Part shown: positions 12,085 through 26,430 of the stretch, one piece after another
Position numbering within the stretch: position 1 is the stretch's first letter
Layout: every line of letters begins with the position of its first letter
Source of the DNA: Octopus sinensis
Lineage: Eukaryota
DNA: 64,000 nt
NCBI RefSeq assembly: GCF_006345805.1
Contig: NC_043001.1
Coordinates: forward strand, 130,076,001 to 130,140,000
Direction of reading: 5' to 3'
The notes under the pieces: generated by a model
The model's database searches: none
Told to the model about the DNA's origin: nothing
Seen by the model: only the letters and a program-made list of their open reading frames with translations
Made by a program: the position numbers and the translations under genes

Positions 12085-12315
12085 AGGCGGCGAGCTGGTA
12101 GAAACGTTAGCACGCCGGGCGAAATTCGTAGCAGTATTTTATCTGTCGTTATGTTCCGAGTTCAAATTCCGCCGAGGTCGACTTTGCCTTTCATCCTCTC
12201 GGGGTCGATAAATTAAGTACCAGTTACGCACTGGGGTCGATGTAATCGACTTAATCCCTTTGTCTGTCCTTGTTTGTCCCCTCTATGTTTAGCCCCTTGT
12301 GGGTAGTAAAGAAAT
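12085..12315 (+). mobile_element. Full-length SINE family A, A1 tail (near consensus)
   Basis: GGCGGCGAGCTGGTAGAA head, GAGTTCAAATTCC B-box, tail GCCCCTTGTGGGTAGTAAAGAAATA. Confidence 0.95.
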
Positions 12316-12332
12316 ATATATATATACATATA

Positions 12333-12539
12333 TGATGGGGTGCTGAAAAGTTTATGGTATTACAAAAGGCATGGTTGGACGCTCAACCTTCTTGAATTCT
12401 TTTACAGGGCTTATAAAACCTAAAGGACCACTGCAATAAGTGTGTGAATATGAGAGGGGAATATATTTAATAAAATCATAATTAACTGATCCTCTAGTAT
12501 TTTCATTTACCCAATATCAGGAAGTTTTCGGCACCCTCT

Positions 12540-12541
<2 letters not shown>
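12333..12541. mobile_element. Mariner-type MITE
   Basis: Imperfect TIRs TGATGGGGTGCTGAAAAGTT / AAGTTTTCGGCACCCTCTCT in TA context. Confidence 0.65.
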
Positions 12542-12587
<46 letters not shown>

Positions 12588-14230
12588 CACATCTACATAC
12601 AGAGAAAATGAGAGAGATATCTATACTCACACCTAAGTTAATAACCATATATTCATCAGAAATCATAAGCTCCACCCAACCAAACCAATCCAAGCCAAGC
12701 TATACCATTGTAAATTAAGTGGAGGGAGGCTGGGGGAAGGGGGGAACAAATCAATAACAAAAACAAAACATTTTCAAATAAATTAATCCAAATTTATTTC
12801 CATTCTTAATTCCGTGCTATGATCATCTAGTTATTCCTTTTTATTCGGTTGATTGGTCACTAATTACAATTTGGTGATTACATTTGCTACACAGTTTTGT
12901 ACCCTACTTACTGTGGAAGTTTGCTATGAATATTATCCAAAACTATGACTTTCCAATAAGACAAGTAGCCTGCAATACCTCTAATTAGCAGCGGACTAAT
13001 AAGGTACATTAGCACTTAATATCTTAAAGATGTCCACTTCTCTTTCCTAATTAACTTCATTCCACCGTGAAAACCTGCTCTTCTTCGTCTTTCTAATTAT
13101 GGTCTTTGTACCTCTCGTAATACTGGTTTCGTGTTTTAGAATATCTTAATTTTTTTTCCTGTTATAAAATATGTAAAATAATCAAATTTATTTTAAACAG
13201 TGTTGTGGTTTTTTTTTGGGGTTTTTTTTTTTTTAAAGTTTTCACTAACAAAAGGCTACTTAGTTTAAGATTTCAGTTAGCTAATTTTATATTTTTCAGT
13301 AAATTTAGGAAGATGTAACTTTTTAAAAAGAAAAATATATTGAACTTGCAAGACAAAAAAAACAAACAAAGAAAACAAATAAATAAATAAAATAACTAGC
13401 AGAAACATTGAAAATTACCCTTTTTTTTAAATTTGATGTGAGGTAAATGATGTTATAGAAATATTTTTTAAAACCCCTCCCTCTTCAAACCTTGTAATAA
13501 ATATTGATTTTCTTACTTTTCCTAAAAAGTCTAAGATGGCCACAACTAGAAATAAAAAAAATGACTAAATGGATATGGCGATAATACCAGCTAGCTCAGA
13601 GACAGTGATTTCTAATCACTTCAGGTGGTTCTTTTACTGCATGGTTTCAGCACCTATTAAGGTTAATGAAGAATGCTTATTTCTACAAGCCTCAGCTGGC
13701 CTAGTGGTTAGAAATATATACCAGCACTTCTATCCAATCAGAGAAGAGCTGGTATAGTCTCTCATCTATCAGTCACCCACTTTTCTATTTACTGCATTAT
13801 GTTACCTGTGTAAGCAGGTATGGCCCAGGAATGGCACTGGAACTGCTTATATTTAATCCTTATCCCAACATGTTTTTATTCCATCTCTCTCCCACCATCA
13901 CTTTTTATCACTCTACTCCACTTTCATCTTCACATGTGTATAATAAAGGTTAGTATTCTGTCTGCTCACATTCAGTAACCTTTATTATCACTTACCTTTA
14001 CTGCTAGCCATTGACCCTCTCCAGAGATATTCACCTAGTTACACACACTAACCACTACCTGTCTTTAGTGTCATCTTTTCATCTTCCACCCTCCTTGTAA
14101 CGTTACCACCTCCTCTCTCATACATTGTCATCACACATCACTTTTGGGAACCTCTATTACCCTTCATTTCATCATACTTCCTCCTGGTAATCTTTCTCCT
14201 TCCCTCATGCCATTCATGCTGCTTTTCAAT

Positions 14231-14390
14231 CACATTGCTCCAGTTCACTCAGCTGTAGAAATGAGTTGCAATGTCACTGCTACCAAGTTGTATCAGCCTT
14301 TGTCTTTCCCTTGGATAGCATCGGTGGCATGGAGAGGGGAAGCCGATATGTATGGGTGACTGCTGGTCTTCCATAAACAACTTGGCCATG
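14231..14390 (+). mobile_element. SINE family F fragment
   Basis: Reverse complement of 20560-20690. Confidence 0.75.
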
Positions 14391-14399
14391 TCTAATTTA

Positions 14400-14830
14400 A
14401 CAGCACCACCTGGAAGAGATACACAGTCAGCTCTGGAAAACCGTAACCCATTCAAGCAGAGGGTTATTGTTTTCAGAGACATATCTGGGTGTGGGTGGTT
14501 CATCTGGTATTTGTTGGGGGTAATCATCTAGGGATCATTTAAATTGTGTGAAATCACTTTCCTCCTTTATGTGTGTCTGGCCCGATGTTGAAGAGAACAA
14601 GGCCAATTGAGATGAAATGGTTCTGTCATAGTGTTGTGATACGACATGGACATTTCTGTAGTGGATCGATGGCACTTGGGCCAAGCCTCGGATGAATTTT
14701 AAAGATGGCCAATGTTGATGGAATATTTTCCACATCATACAGATGATACAGAGCTCACTGAGGTGGTGGAGGGAGCAAAGCCTGAGCTTTTTGAGTTGAT
14801 CCCAGTAGTCAAGGCTTGTCATGTCATCCT
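14400..14830 (-). mobile_element. CR1/L2-group LINE 3' fragment
   Basis: LDYWDQLKKLRLCSL...WKIF and LDDYPQQIPDEPPTPRYVSENNNPLLEW, typical of the RT C-terminus. Confidence 0.8.
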
Positions 14831-14835
14831 CCGCA

Positions 14836-15210
14836 GACCTCCACCAAGCAGCTCATTTTAAGATAGACACGAGAGTAAAATTACTAATAGAGAAACGAAA
14901 ATAAACTTTGGAAGCAGCAACGCCACCATAGGTTATGGGCAAACTATGAACGTGTTTTCAAGGGGGATAATCAAAGAACGTAACATTGAGATACTTCATG
15001 TAAAGTAAATATAACAAATGAAAAATCCTTCAAGAATCCATAAAAATTCCTGGATCACTACCAAAATTTGATCATCTGTTTCTTGTGTCATTACCAACTT
15101 TTCCTGTAAGTTTCATCAAATACCATTCACAACTTTTTGAGTTATTTTGCACACAGACGGACAAACCAACACTGATGAAAACTTAACCTCCTTCCTTGGT
15201 GGAGGTAATA
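14836..15210. mobile_element. Helentron-associated (HINE/DINE-like) non-autonomous element
   Basis: Subterminal inverted motifs ACCTCCACCAAG / CTTGGTGGAGGT; 3' AACCTCCTTCCTTGGTGGAGGTAAT hairpin. Confidence 0.5.
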
Positions 15211-15284
15211 ATGGAGCAAGTTAGAATATATGACCAAAGAGAAACACACAATCTGAGTAATATTTTGTAATGTTAAAACTATTA

Positions 15285-15727
15285 GGCGCAGGAGGGCTGG
15301 TGGTAGGTAGCTTGCTAACCCACACATGGTTCCTGTTCAGTCCACTGCGTGGCACCTGGGCAAGTGTCTCTGCTATAGCCCAGGCCGACCAATGCCTTGT
15401 GAGTGGATTTGGTAGACGGAAACTGAAAGAAGCCTGTCGTATATATGTATATATATATATATATATATGTGTGTGGTGTGTGTGTGTGGTGTGTGGTTGT
15501 GTGTGTGTTTGTGTGTCTGTGTTTTTCCCCCTAGCATTGCTTGACAACTGATGCTGGTGTGTTTACGTCCCCGTCACTTAGCGGTTCGGCAAAAAAGAGA
15601 CTGATAGAATAAGTACTGGGCTTGCAAAGAATAAGTCCCGGGGTCGATTTGCTCGACTAAAGGTGGTGCTCCAGCATGGCCACAGTCAAATGACTGAAAC
15701 AAGTAGAAGAGTAAAACAGTAAAAGAG
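15285..15727 (+). mobile_element. Full-length SINE family B
   Basis: Head GGCGCAGGAG..GCTG..TGGTA, B-box, CORE-like box, internal TA/TG repeat, tail. Confidence 0.93.
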
Positions 15728-16434
15728 TATATCTTTGTATAAATTATATAATTTACATATTGTGTATTGTATCATTGTATTTTAAAATACAAGGATTAAG
15801 ATGAAATTTTGTTGATGCAAATTCTTTTCCCTAAGGAAGCACTTAACCATCAACCCTTTCCAAGTAAGGTAATACTCCTCTTAGTTTATTGAATAACAGT
15901 CTAGACAAACTTCCATGGTGAGTTGTAAACATTTGACTCCATTTGTAGGAACATTGACTGTTTTCACAATCAGCTCACACATGACAATATAAGAAGAATA
16001 CTCACACATACACACACACACTTGCACACACTCACATATCTGTACATATGTACACACATGCAAAAATCATCATCGTTTAACGTCTGACTTCCATGCTAGC
16101 ATATGTGGTACATCATCATCATTTAGGAAACTTACCTATGCATATACACTCATACACATATATCTAAACGCACGAACACTCCCCAGTAGTCAACTCATAG
16201 CTAAAGTAGAAGATACTATTTGATAGTGTCTCACAACCATATCTTCACGCACACTTTGACTATGCCCTCCACATTCTTCTTGCCTTTCCTTTTAACTCAC
16301 ATGCACATGTGTTTCCGCCTTCTGACTTTCACACATTCCTTAAACACACAATTACACACACTCACATTCACATTCACATACACACATGCACACCAACACC
16401 TTACAACACATCCTACCAAAAAAAAAGCAAATAC

Positions 16435-16860
16435 AGGAGCAGGAGTGGCTGTGTGGTAAGTAGCTTGCTAACCAACCACATGGTCCCGGGTTCATTTCCA
16501 CTGCATGGCACCTTGGGCAAGTGTCTTCTACTATAGCCTCGGGCCGACCAATGCCTTGTGAGTGGATTTGGTAGACGGAAACTGAAAGAAGCCCGTCGTA
16601 TATACGTATATGTATATATGTGCGTGTGTGTTTGTGTGTCTGTGTTTGTCCCCCTAGCATTGCTTGACAACCGATGCTGGTGTGTTTACGTCCCCGTCAC
16701 TTAGCGGTTCGGCAAAAGAGACCAATAGAATCAGTACTGGGCTTACAAAGAATAAGCCCCGGGGTCGATTTGCTCGACTAAAGGTGGTGCTCCAGCATGG
16801 CCGCAGTCAAATGACTGAAACAAGTAAAAGAGAAAAAGAGATAAAAGAGATAAAAGAGAC
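16435..16860 (+). mobile_element. Full-length SINE family B
   Basis: As for 15285. Confidence 0.93.
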
Positions 16861-17219
16861 ATACACACCACTTCACCCTTATGCTCATCTTGAAGGTCAA
16901 ATATACTCCCAAACATGCACACACAGACACATACACCTGCTCCCTCCACCCTTCTTACACCCTGCTCCCTAACAACTATATTCCTGCTGGCCACTAACCC
17001 CTCACCTGAGTTAAAAGAATTTTTTTTAAACATCTTTCTTCTTTCTCACTCTTCCCATGCTTTTCTTCTGATGAAGGACAAATGTTCAAAGCATTAAGAC
17101 TCTTTTCCTTCCTTCCTTTTAAGCATCAAAATAATACAGTATTTGTTAATATCTATCCCACCAATGTTGTCTTTTATGTTTTTCTTTTTGTTCATTACAT
17201 TTCCTATATACATTTACAT

Positions 17220-17246
17220 GCATACATATATATATATATACATACA

Positions 17247-17282
<36 letters not shown>

Positions 17283-17300
17283 TCTTTGTATGTATATAAT

Positions 17301-17342
<42 letters not shown>

Positions 17343-17810
17343 GCATATATATATGTTATATATATATAAATTATATATATATATATATATATATTTAGCA
17401 TGTATATAATATATATGTATAATCTATATTTTATGTATTATATATATATTATATATATATTTATACATATATATATTATATATTTTGCATATTATGTATG
17501 TGTAAATATATATTTATATAGGTATACATTTATGTATAAATATATATTTATGTATGTATATATATTTAAGTATATGCTTATGTATATATATATCTATTTA
17601 TGCATACATACATAAGTACATACTCACACAGCAACATATATGCATACATATCCCTATGGCTGTGTGTCTATATAATATATACATATATATATATATATTA
17701 TATATATAATATACATATATATATATACATATATATATTATATACATATATATACATATATATATATATATATTATATATATACATATATATATACATAT
17801 ATATATATAC

Positions 17811-17843
<33 letters not shown>

Positions 17844-17915
17844 GATATATATATAATATATATATACAATATATACATATATATTATATATAATATATAT
17901 ATATATATATAATAT
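17220..17915. repeat. (TA)n/(CATA)n microsatellite mosaic
   Basis: Directly visible. Confidence 0.95.
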
Positions 17916-18325
17916 ACCATCCTTATCTTCAAAATAAATTTTAACAGATCAAAGAAAAAGTAACATATCCCAAAAAAAAACAAGGAAAAAAAAGAAAGAA
18001 AAATGTGAAAGAATTATGGAATTATAGTGATAACTGAACAAAAATTCAAAATAAAAAGTAAGATGTAAATTTTACAAACGAAAAATAAAATAATAAAACC
18101 TGCAACAAGTCGGAATATGACAATCTAGTAAATTTCTTTATAGATACAGTGATATATTTAATTTCAATGCCTGCCTTATTCTTAGATTATCGTGTTTACC
18201 AAAAAACATTTACAACACTGCATAAATAAATAAACAAATATATTCTAAGAGGAAGGAAAAAAAAAACCAGTCATAATAACAATGCTGATTAAAGTTATTA
18301 TTGTAAACATTTACATCTCGCCCCG

Positions 18326-18366
<41 letters not shown>

Positions 18367-18719
18367 TTCTCTCCCTCCCTCTCTGTTTTTGTTTTACCTC
18401 TGTCTTTCTCACGATAAATTTCATTCCGAATATCATATCAAGAATACTTAGAAGTTTTCTTTTTAAAAATACTTTACTTTTGTCTATGCATTTAAAAAGA
18501 AACTAGCGTTCTTACACTCCGTGTCTTTCATTTCTGAATCCTTATTGCAGATCTCCACGAGAAGGATTCACGGATGTTGTGTACATAATAAAAATATATT
18601 GAATCCAGCAATTTCCTCAATTCACAATACGATCTGTCTTATCATCATCGTCTTGTTATTTTGTATTTTGCATCTATTTATTTGATTTGATTTTTAGTTC
18701 CGAACTAGATTCTGTACAT

Positions 18720-18760
18720 GAATATGTGTGTGCATGTGTATGTGTGAGTGTATATATATA

Positions 18761-18813
<53 letters not shown>

Positions 18814-18816
18814 TAT

Positions 18817-18878
<62 letters not shown>

Positions 18879-18930
18879 AATATATATATATATATATGGT
18901 ATATATATATGTATGTATATATATATATAT

Positions 18931-18972
<42 letters not shown>

Positions 18973-19124
18973 GTAAGATGTATGTATTATGCAAGTATGT
19001 ATGCATATGTGTGTGTGAGTGTGTGTCCATTTGTATATGTATTTACATATGAATTTCTGTACATATATATTTATGTATATATGTATCTCTCACTCTCTCA
19101 GTATATATGTGTATTATATATGTG

Positions 19125-19172
<48 letters not shown>

Positions 19173-19230
19173 ATATATCTATATATATTATATATATACA
19201 TATACATACATAAATACATACACACACACA
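18720..19230. repeat. (TA)n/(TG)n microsatellite mosaic
   Basis: Directly visible. Confidence 0.95.
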
Positions 19231-20474
19231 CAATTTCTCATTTATACAAGTAGGCTTGCATGCATCATATGTACACATAAGTGTATAAGTCTAATAAGTA
19301 TATATGTATATCTACACAGATGTGTGAATATGTAAGTGTTTGTGCATATGTATGTGTGCGTCTGTGTGCTTGTATCTGATGTGTGGTTCCACTGTCTCTG
19401 ATGCAAGATTCTAAACACAATCTATCCTCATTCAAAAGACCTACTTTTATAAATGAAATTTCATATAAGTCTTCCCCAGTCAATATCATTAAGAACAGAA
19501 GCTTTTATATATATATAAATATATAAACAAACACGTACACACACATACACATATGTATATATACACACATATATAGACAAACACACATATGTATCACCCT
19601 CCACACACAGCACGCATTTATAAGGGAGATATGTATTTATACTGAAATACATACACAAGCACACACACACACATGTACATCAATGCATGAAATATACTGG
19701 TGCATTTTCCTAATATTTTGTTCAGTTTTAGATTAAATATTTTCTTGATATCTAGTTTCTTGGGTAACCCACTGAATTTTACAAGAGCCAGTTTACCTGG
19801 CTACATCAAATATTCAGAATCATGTAGTTATGATGACATCTCGAACAAGCATTCTGTTTCTTTCCTAGGAAAGGAGTTTAGGTGACTCCTAACGGCCCCC
19901 AGACAGTGTCCAAGTTTCGCAGCTATAGAGCAGGACGGGGAGAACCAGAGAACTAAAGGCCCAAACCTTTGTTTTCTTGCTCAAATATCAGTAGCACCAA
20001 ACATTCTTGCCCAATGAGATCACAACTACATCAGCTCAGCTCATCTGAGTCTTTTTAGGACTTCAGACTTACACCTGATACTATTAGATATATTGTCACA
20101 TAAAATGTAATTACTTCATTTGTCCTAATCCTAAAGTTTTTCATTTACAAAGCCACTATTTCTTGCACGCATGCACACACACACACCACACACACACACA
20201 AATTCTTTTATTCTTTTACCTGTTTCAGTCATTTTAATAGCGGTTTTAGTAGATCAAATCATCATCAGGACTTATTTTCTAACCCAAGTATTTATTCTAT
20301 CACTCTCTTTTGCTGAACCACTAAGACACCTGGCTGTAAATATACTATTTAGTCCTTTAGCATTTAAACTGGCCATATCCAGGCCAAATATTTTATCTGT
20401 TTTATGTTCAAACAAGCATACTGAGCCTTTCACATCTACCCTACAATATCCTTCTAAAAATAAACAACTACATC

Positions 20475-20775
20475 ATCAAAATCTGAAGGAGGAGACCCCT
20501 TTCGGTCATAAAGGACCATGGGATTGCTCCTAGAAAGTTATCCTCCAAAGCACAAGTCTAGGCAAGTTTGTATCAGCCTCCCCTCTCTCCACACCACCAA
20601 TGTTATCTAAGGGACAGGCAAAGGCCAATACAACTTAGCACCAGTGACATTGCAACTCATTTCTACAGCTAAGTGAACTGGAACAATGTGAAATAAAGAG
20701 TCTTGCTCAAGAATACAATACACAGCCCAGTCCAGGAATCGAACTCACTACCTCATGATTGTGAACCGAAAGCTA
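20475..20775 (-). mobile_element. tRNA-derived SINE family F
   Basis: B-box GAGTTCGATTCC, CORE-like TTGAGCAAGACTCTTTATTTCACATTG..CCAGTTCAC; second copy at 14231. Confidence 0.75.
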
Positions 20776-20934
20776 CAAGATAATGCATCATTAATTCAAA
20801 ACAACATGAATAAATATTACATCTGAATACTGAAGGGTTAAAATCGAGCATTTGAGAAGAAAGCAGCAACAGCGAAAATAATTTGGTGTTTGATTTTAAT
20901 CTGCAAAGTAGAAAATCAAGCATAAGACATTTTG

Positions 20935-21375
20935 ACACCTCTATAATTACATAATACACCTGTATAATTTTGTGATTCAAACCACATAATTTTATGCTCC
21001 GCCTATATAATTTTGCAATGCAGCAGAAGAATTTTGAAAGCCACCTGTATGATTTTATAACACCTGTATAATTCAGTAAAACAGCTGAATAATTCTGCAA
21101 CACACCTGTATAATTTTGAGAGCTACTGGTATGATTTTTATAACACACCAGTATAGGTTTTTGACATACCTGTATTGTTCGTGACACACCTCTATAATTC
21201 TGCAGTACACCTGAATAATGTTGGAAGTCACATGCTTAATTTGGTAAACACACCTGCATAATACAGCAAAACACCTGAATAATTCTGCAATATACCTGTA
21301 CAATTTTGAGAGCCTTTGGTAAGATTTTATAACACACCTATATAATTTGGCAGCGTACTTGCATAATTGTATTGC
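20935..21375. repeat. Degenerate ~21-bp minisatellite (CACCTGTATAATTTTG core)
   Basis: About 21 units; a multi-unit block recurs near 21082 and 21272. Confidence 0.85.
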
Positions 21376-21429
21376 CCAGAAATCACTGTACTGCAATCTT
21401 CAAGAATAGCAGGGCGCATAAGATAAGTA

Positions 21430-21470
21430 GTGGGGAATGGGACAAATACAGACACAAGCACACACAGATA

Positions 21471-21507
<37 letters not shown>

Positions 21508-21650
21508 TTATACATGGTGGGCTTCTTTCAGTTTCTATCAACCAAATTCACTCTCATGGCTTTGGTCAGCCTGAGACACTTGCCTAAGGAGACAAGCAGT
21601 GGGACTGAACCATGTGGTTGGGAAGCAAACTTCTTACCACACAACCCCCC
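21430..21650 (-). mobile_element. SINE family B, 5' half
   Basis: Degenerate head and CORE-like box. Confidence 0.8.
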
Positions 21651-21669
21651 CCCCCCAAAAAAAAAGTTA

Positions 21670-21754
21670 TTTTGACCAAGTGTCTTCTACTCTAGCCTCA
21701 GGTCAACCAAAACCTTGTGAGTGGATTTCATAGACAGAAACTGAAAGAAGCCTA

Positions 21755-21791
<37 letters not shown>

Positions 21792-22020
21792 TGTGTGTGT
21801 GTGTATGCTTATGTGTCTCTGCTTGTACCCCCACCATCGCTTGACAACCCATGTTGGTGTGTTTATGTCCCCATACCTTAAGGGTTTGTCAATAGAGGCC
21901 AATAGAATAAGTACTAGGCTTACAAAGAATAAGTCTTGGGGTTAATTTGTTTGACTAAGTACAGCGCTCCAGCATGGCTGCAATCAAATGACTGAAACAA
22001 GTAAAAGAATAAAAGGATAG
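21670..22020 (+). mobile_element. SINE family B, headless, inverted relative to the previous copy
   Basis: CAAGTGTCTTCTACT through tail. Confidence 0.85.
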
Positions 22021-22039
22021 AATATATATATATTAATTA

Positions 22040-22200
22040 AATTTATTTCTATGTTTTGGTTTATGTTTTTCACTGTTTGATTTGCCTAATAGTGGTTTTA
22101 TCTCTAATTTAATATATATATTTATACTGTAAATTTAGATTTAATCCTAAATCTAATTTTTCCCTGTAAGTTTGGATTTACTCCCTAATATTATTATTAT
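22040..22200. mobile_element. Penelope-like terminal fragment (family shared with 31362-31610 and 61085-61260)
   Basis: TTTGCCTAATAGTGGTTTTATCTCTAATTT...GGATTTA.TCCCTAATATT shared among loci. Confidence 0.55.
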
Positions 22201-22206
22201 ATATAT

Positions 22207-22590
22207 GTGGAGGCGCAATGGCCCAGTGGTTAGGGCAGCGGACTCGTGGTCGGAGGATCACGGTTTCGATTCCCAGACCGGGCATTGTGAGTGTTTATTG
22301 AGCGCAAACACCTAAAGCTCCACGAGGCTCCGGCAGTGGGTGGTGGTGAACCCTGCTGTACTCTTTCACCACAACTTTCTCTCGCTCTTTTTCCTGTTTC
22401 TCTTGTACCTGTATTTCAAAGGGCCAGCCTTGTCACATTCTGTGTGTCACGCTGAATCTCCTCGAGAACTACGTTAAGGGTACACGTATCTGTGGAGTGC
22501 TCAGCCACTTGCACGTTAATATCACGAGCAAGCTGTTCCGTTGATTCGGATCAGCTGGGACCCTCATCGTCGCAACCGACGGAGTGCTCC
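22207..22590 (+). mobile_element. Full-length tRNA-derived SINE family C
   Basis: A-box TGGCCCAGTGG and B-box GGTTTCGATTCC; matches 3182-3566. Confidence 0.93.
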
Positions 22591-22949
22591 AATTATCATA
22601 TATATATATATATATATAAAGTGGTTAGAGACACAATATCTATAATCAAAGATCTACTCATTGAGAGGTGACATGTTGTTAAACAACTATAAGATCTACA
22701 ACAATAATCTGCAGAGTAATCAGAAAATATTAACAATGTATGAAATATAAGTTCTAAGATAAAAGTGATAAGAGATAAAGGTGAAGGTGACAAATCATGA
22801 ACATTCCAACCAGCCTTAGGAGGACCTGCAAAAGCCATGGAATTAACCCCTTCCTTGCAACAACGCCAATACACACACACACACACACACACACACGCTA
22901 TTAATCTATCAGTTCTTCTATCTGCCTATATCTTTCTATGTATATACAT

Positions 22950-23014
22950 ATATTTGATAGTATATATTTATAAATATGTAAGTATATAAGTATATAACGA
23001 TGTGTGTGTATTAC

Positions 23015-23081
<67 letters not shown>

Positions 23082-23250
23082 GTATATATATGTATGTATA
23101 TATATATATATATATGTGTGTGTGTTTATATACGTATATGTATGTGTGTGTGTGTATATATATATATATAAGTGCAATTTCTATCTATATATATATATAT
23201 GCACATATGTACTTATATACACGCATGTATATATACGCACATGTATATAA
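22950..23250. repeat. (TA)n/(TG)n microsatellite
   Basis: Directly visible. Confidence 0.95.
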
Positions 23251-24417
23251 ATCTCAACCTTGAGATTCTTTGATTAAATTATATATATATTTAACTTAAT
23301 TATTCTTTTGGGAATATCTCTAGGTGTTTCTTTGTTTCTTTTCTCACTGAATTTTTTTTTTTGTTTTGTTTTGTTTTGTTTTGTTTATCTATATACATTC
23401 ATACATTCCTTTTTTTTATTTATGTATGTATTTAATTATTTATTTATCTTTTTTTTTTTTTTGTGTGTGTGTGTCGTGTCGTTTCTGCTAGGAAATATAT
23501 AAAATATGTAATTTTTACTTGTGTAATTCTTATTTAATTCCTTATTTTCCATTTAGTATTGCTGTCAGAAAATTTATGGCAGATTGATGTTCAGTTTAAT
23601 CTCCTTAGCCTGAAAAAAAAAAAATTTACAAAAAAAAACAAAAAACAAAAAAAACAAAAAAAAACAAAGAAGAAAATTACATTTACATAGATATAGGCAA
23701 ATAAGATTTAGATAGTGATAAATTTTATGCCTGACATATATGTTTATGTATTCTAGCATCCACATTGAGGAAATCTTATCTCTCTCTCTCTCTCTTTACT
23801 TTTTGCTCATATTCTCCTCCTCTTCTGCTTCTCCCTTTCTCTCTCAATCTTTACAAATCCAGAATGATAATATACATATATAAATGTAAAGTGAATATCT
23901 GTGTGTACATGTGCATATGTTTGCATGTGTAAATGATAAGTACACAATGATTACTGTCATATTTTATGTATCTCAACACACACACATATACATACAATAT
24001 ATATATATATATATATGTTAATAAAATAGAACATATGCATATATATAAACATATATGTACGTACCTACCTCTACATGTACATATACACGCATATATGTGT
24101 ACAGGACACTAAAAAGACGTCGGACACATAGAGAGACGAAAAACATAGACACAAACCAAGGAACAAGACAAGCAAAAAAAGAGAGATACAGGACAATAAG
24201 CACAACGGAAAATCCCCTTCTTCAGTCGCTAAGGTTTCATCTACTCTACGTTTCGAAGGATAAAAGCGAGACGTATACTTCGAAGAAACTTCCTTCCTGT
24301 GAAAAGCAAATCAATTAAAATTCTGAGATCTTTTCGCAGAGGGGTAAAAAAAGCAAGACGGTAACGACAGTACAAACATATAAACAGTAAAAAAATATAT
24401 ATAAACAGTGATATATT

Positions 24418-24464
<47 letters not shown>

Positions 24465-24699
24465 TATACATTTTTTGTTTGTTTGTATGTGTGTGCAGGT
24501 ATGTGAGTATGCGTGCGTGATTGAGTGTACATACAAATTTACATGGTGTCCCAAGAGTAAAATAGCATTTAAAAATGATTTATATTCAAAGATCTGACTG
24601 ATGTTGAGAAACATGTGTCACAATGTATTCATACACAGATATTTACCTACATACATACATACATACAAGCACACATACACACACTCACACACCTACATA

Positions 24700-25330
24700 C
24701 ATATATGTCGTAATTGAGAAGATCCGGCAAGGAAAGTGAGATCACAGCCGTAGCCTACACCAGCGTCACATAACCAGCCCATGTAAAAAGTACCTTTGAA
24801 TTGTCGGGCAACATTCCGTGCTTGAGGAGACCTATGGAGTCAAGTACATCAAAATCAAATCACAATCAAATGGAAATTGTAGTTGTGGCCATTACCAGTG
24901 CTGGTGGCATTCAATAAGCACCATTCATTCATGTGTGGGTCGCTGCCAGAGCTGCCTGACTGGTTCTCCATGCCGGTGACATGTAAGAAGCGCCATCCGA
25001 ATGTGGTCGATGCCAGCCCCTCCATCCCCCGAGTGGTTCCTGTGCCGGTGGCATGTAAAAAGCACCATCTGAACATGGCCAATACCAGTGCTGCCTGATT
25101 GGCTCCCATGCCAGTAGCACGTAAAAAGCACCCACTATACTCTCGGAGTAGTTGGCTTTAGGGAGGGCATCCAGCTGTAGAAACATTGCCAGATCAGTTT
25201 GGAGCCTGGTGCAGCCTCCTGGTGCAGCCTCCTGGTGCAGCCTCCTGGTGCAGCCTCCTGGCTTGCCAGTCTCCAGTCAAACCGTCCAAACCATGCCAGC
25301 ATGGAAAACGGACATTAAACGATGATGAAG
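24700..25330 (+). mobile_element. RTE-clade LINE 3' UTR (family D), with an internal 13-bp tandem x4
   Basis: AAAAAGCACCATC units, CTGGTGCAGCCTC x4 at ~25207-25258, tail GACATTAAACGATGATG. Confidence 0.8.
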
Positions 25331-25608
25331 ATATATATATAGATAGGTATGCATTTTAAAATTATGTATACATATATATATATATCTTCAAGTAGATAAA
25401 CATGACTGCATTTTTATATTATACTATACATACATAGGTGTATGCTATATTTAGCAGAAGTAACAGAGTGACTCCAGGCCTGAGAGTTTCATACATTGGA
25501 ACCTTGAGTCACTCTTTGGAACCTTGAGTCACTCTGTTCCTGCTGCATATAAATATATACGTATACTCATATTTTGAGTTCTATTTTCCCTGTTAGCATC
25601 AACATACT

Positions 25609-25686
<78 letters not shown>

Positions 25687-25744
25687 CACCCATGCTAGCA
25701 TGGAAAGCGGACTATAAACGATGATGATGATATATATATAATAT

Positions 25745-26065
<321 letters not shown>

Positions 26066-26207
26066 AACATTTCTGTACTTTTTGCCTCATCCAATTTTAT
26101 GTAATTCTCCCACCCCCAGCACACACACTTCCTACAACCTGCCTATGTAATGCCTTCTTCATCCAAGGCCCCTATTGCAAGGGAAGAAGATCATCATTAT
26201 CATTATT

Positions 26208-26430
26208 AAGGTAGTGAGCTGGTAGAGACATCAGCCTGTCCGGTAAAAATGCTCAGTAGCATTTCGTTCAAGCTTACATTCTGAGTTTAAGTTTTGCTGA
26301 AGTTGAAGTTTTCCTGTCATCTTTTTGAAGTCAATAAAATAAGTACCAGTTGAGCACAGGGGTCGATGTAATCAACGAGCCCTTCCCCCTAAAAATTTTC
26401 AGATCTTGTGCTTATGGTACAAAAGATTAT
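26208..26430 (+). mobile_element. SINE family A, degenerate, A2 tail
   Basis: Head GGTAGTGAGCTGGTAGAG and central AAATAAGTACCAG. Confidence 0.8.

Noticed and set aside
18516-18680. Plus-strand acceptor at ~18550 and minus-strand MKDTE start exon
   Set aside because: Conflicting signals on both strands, short frames and no homology; indistinguishable from chance
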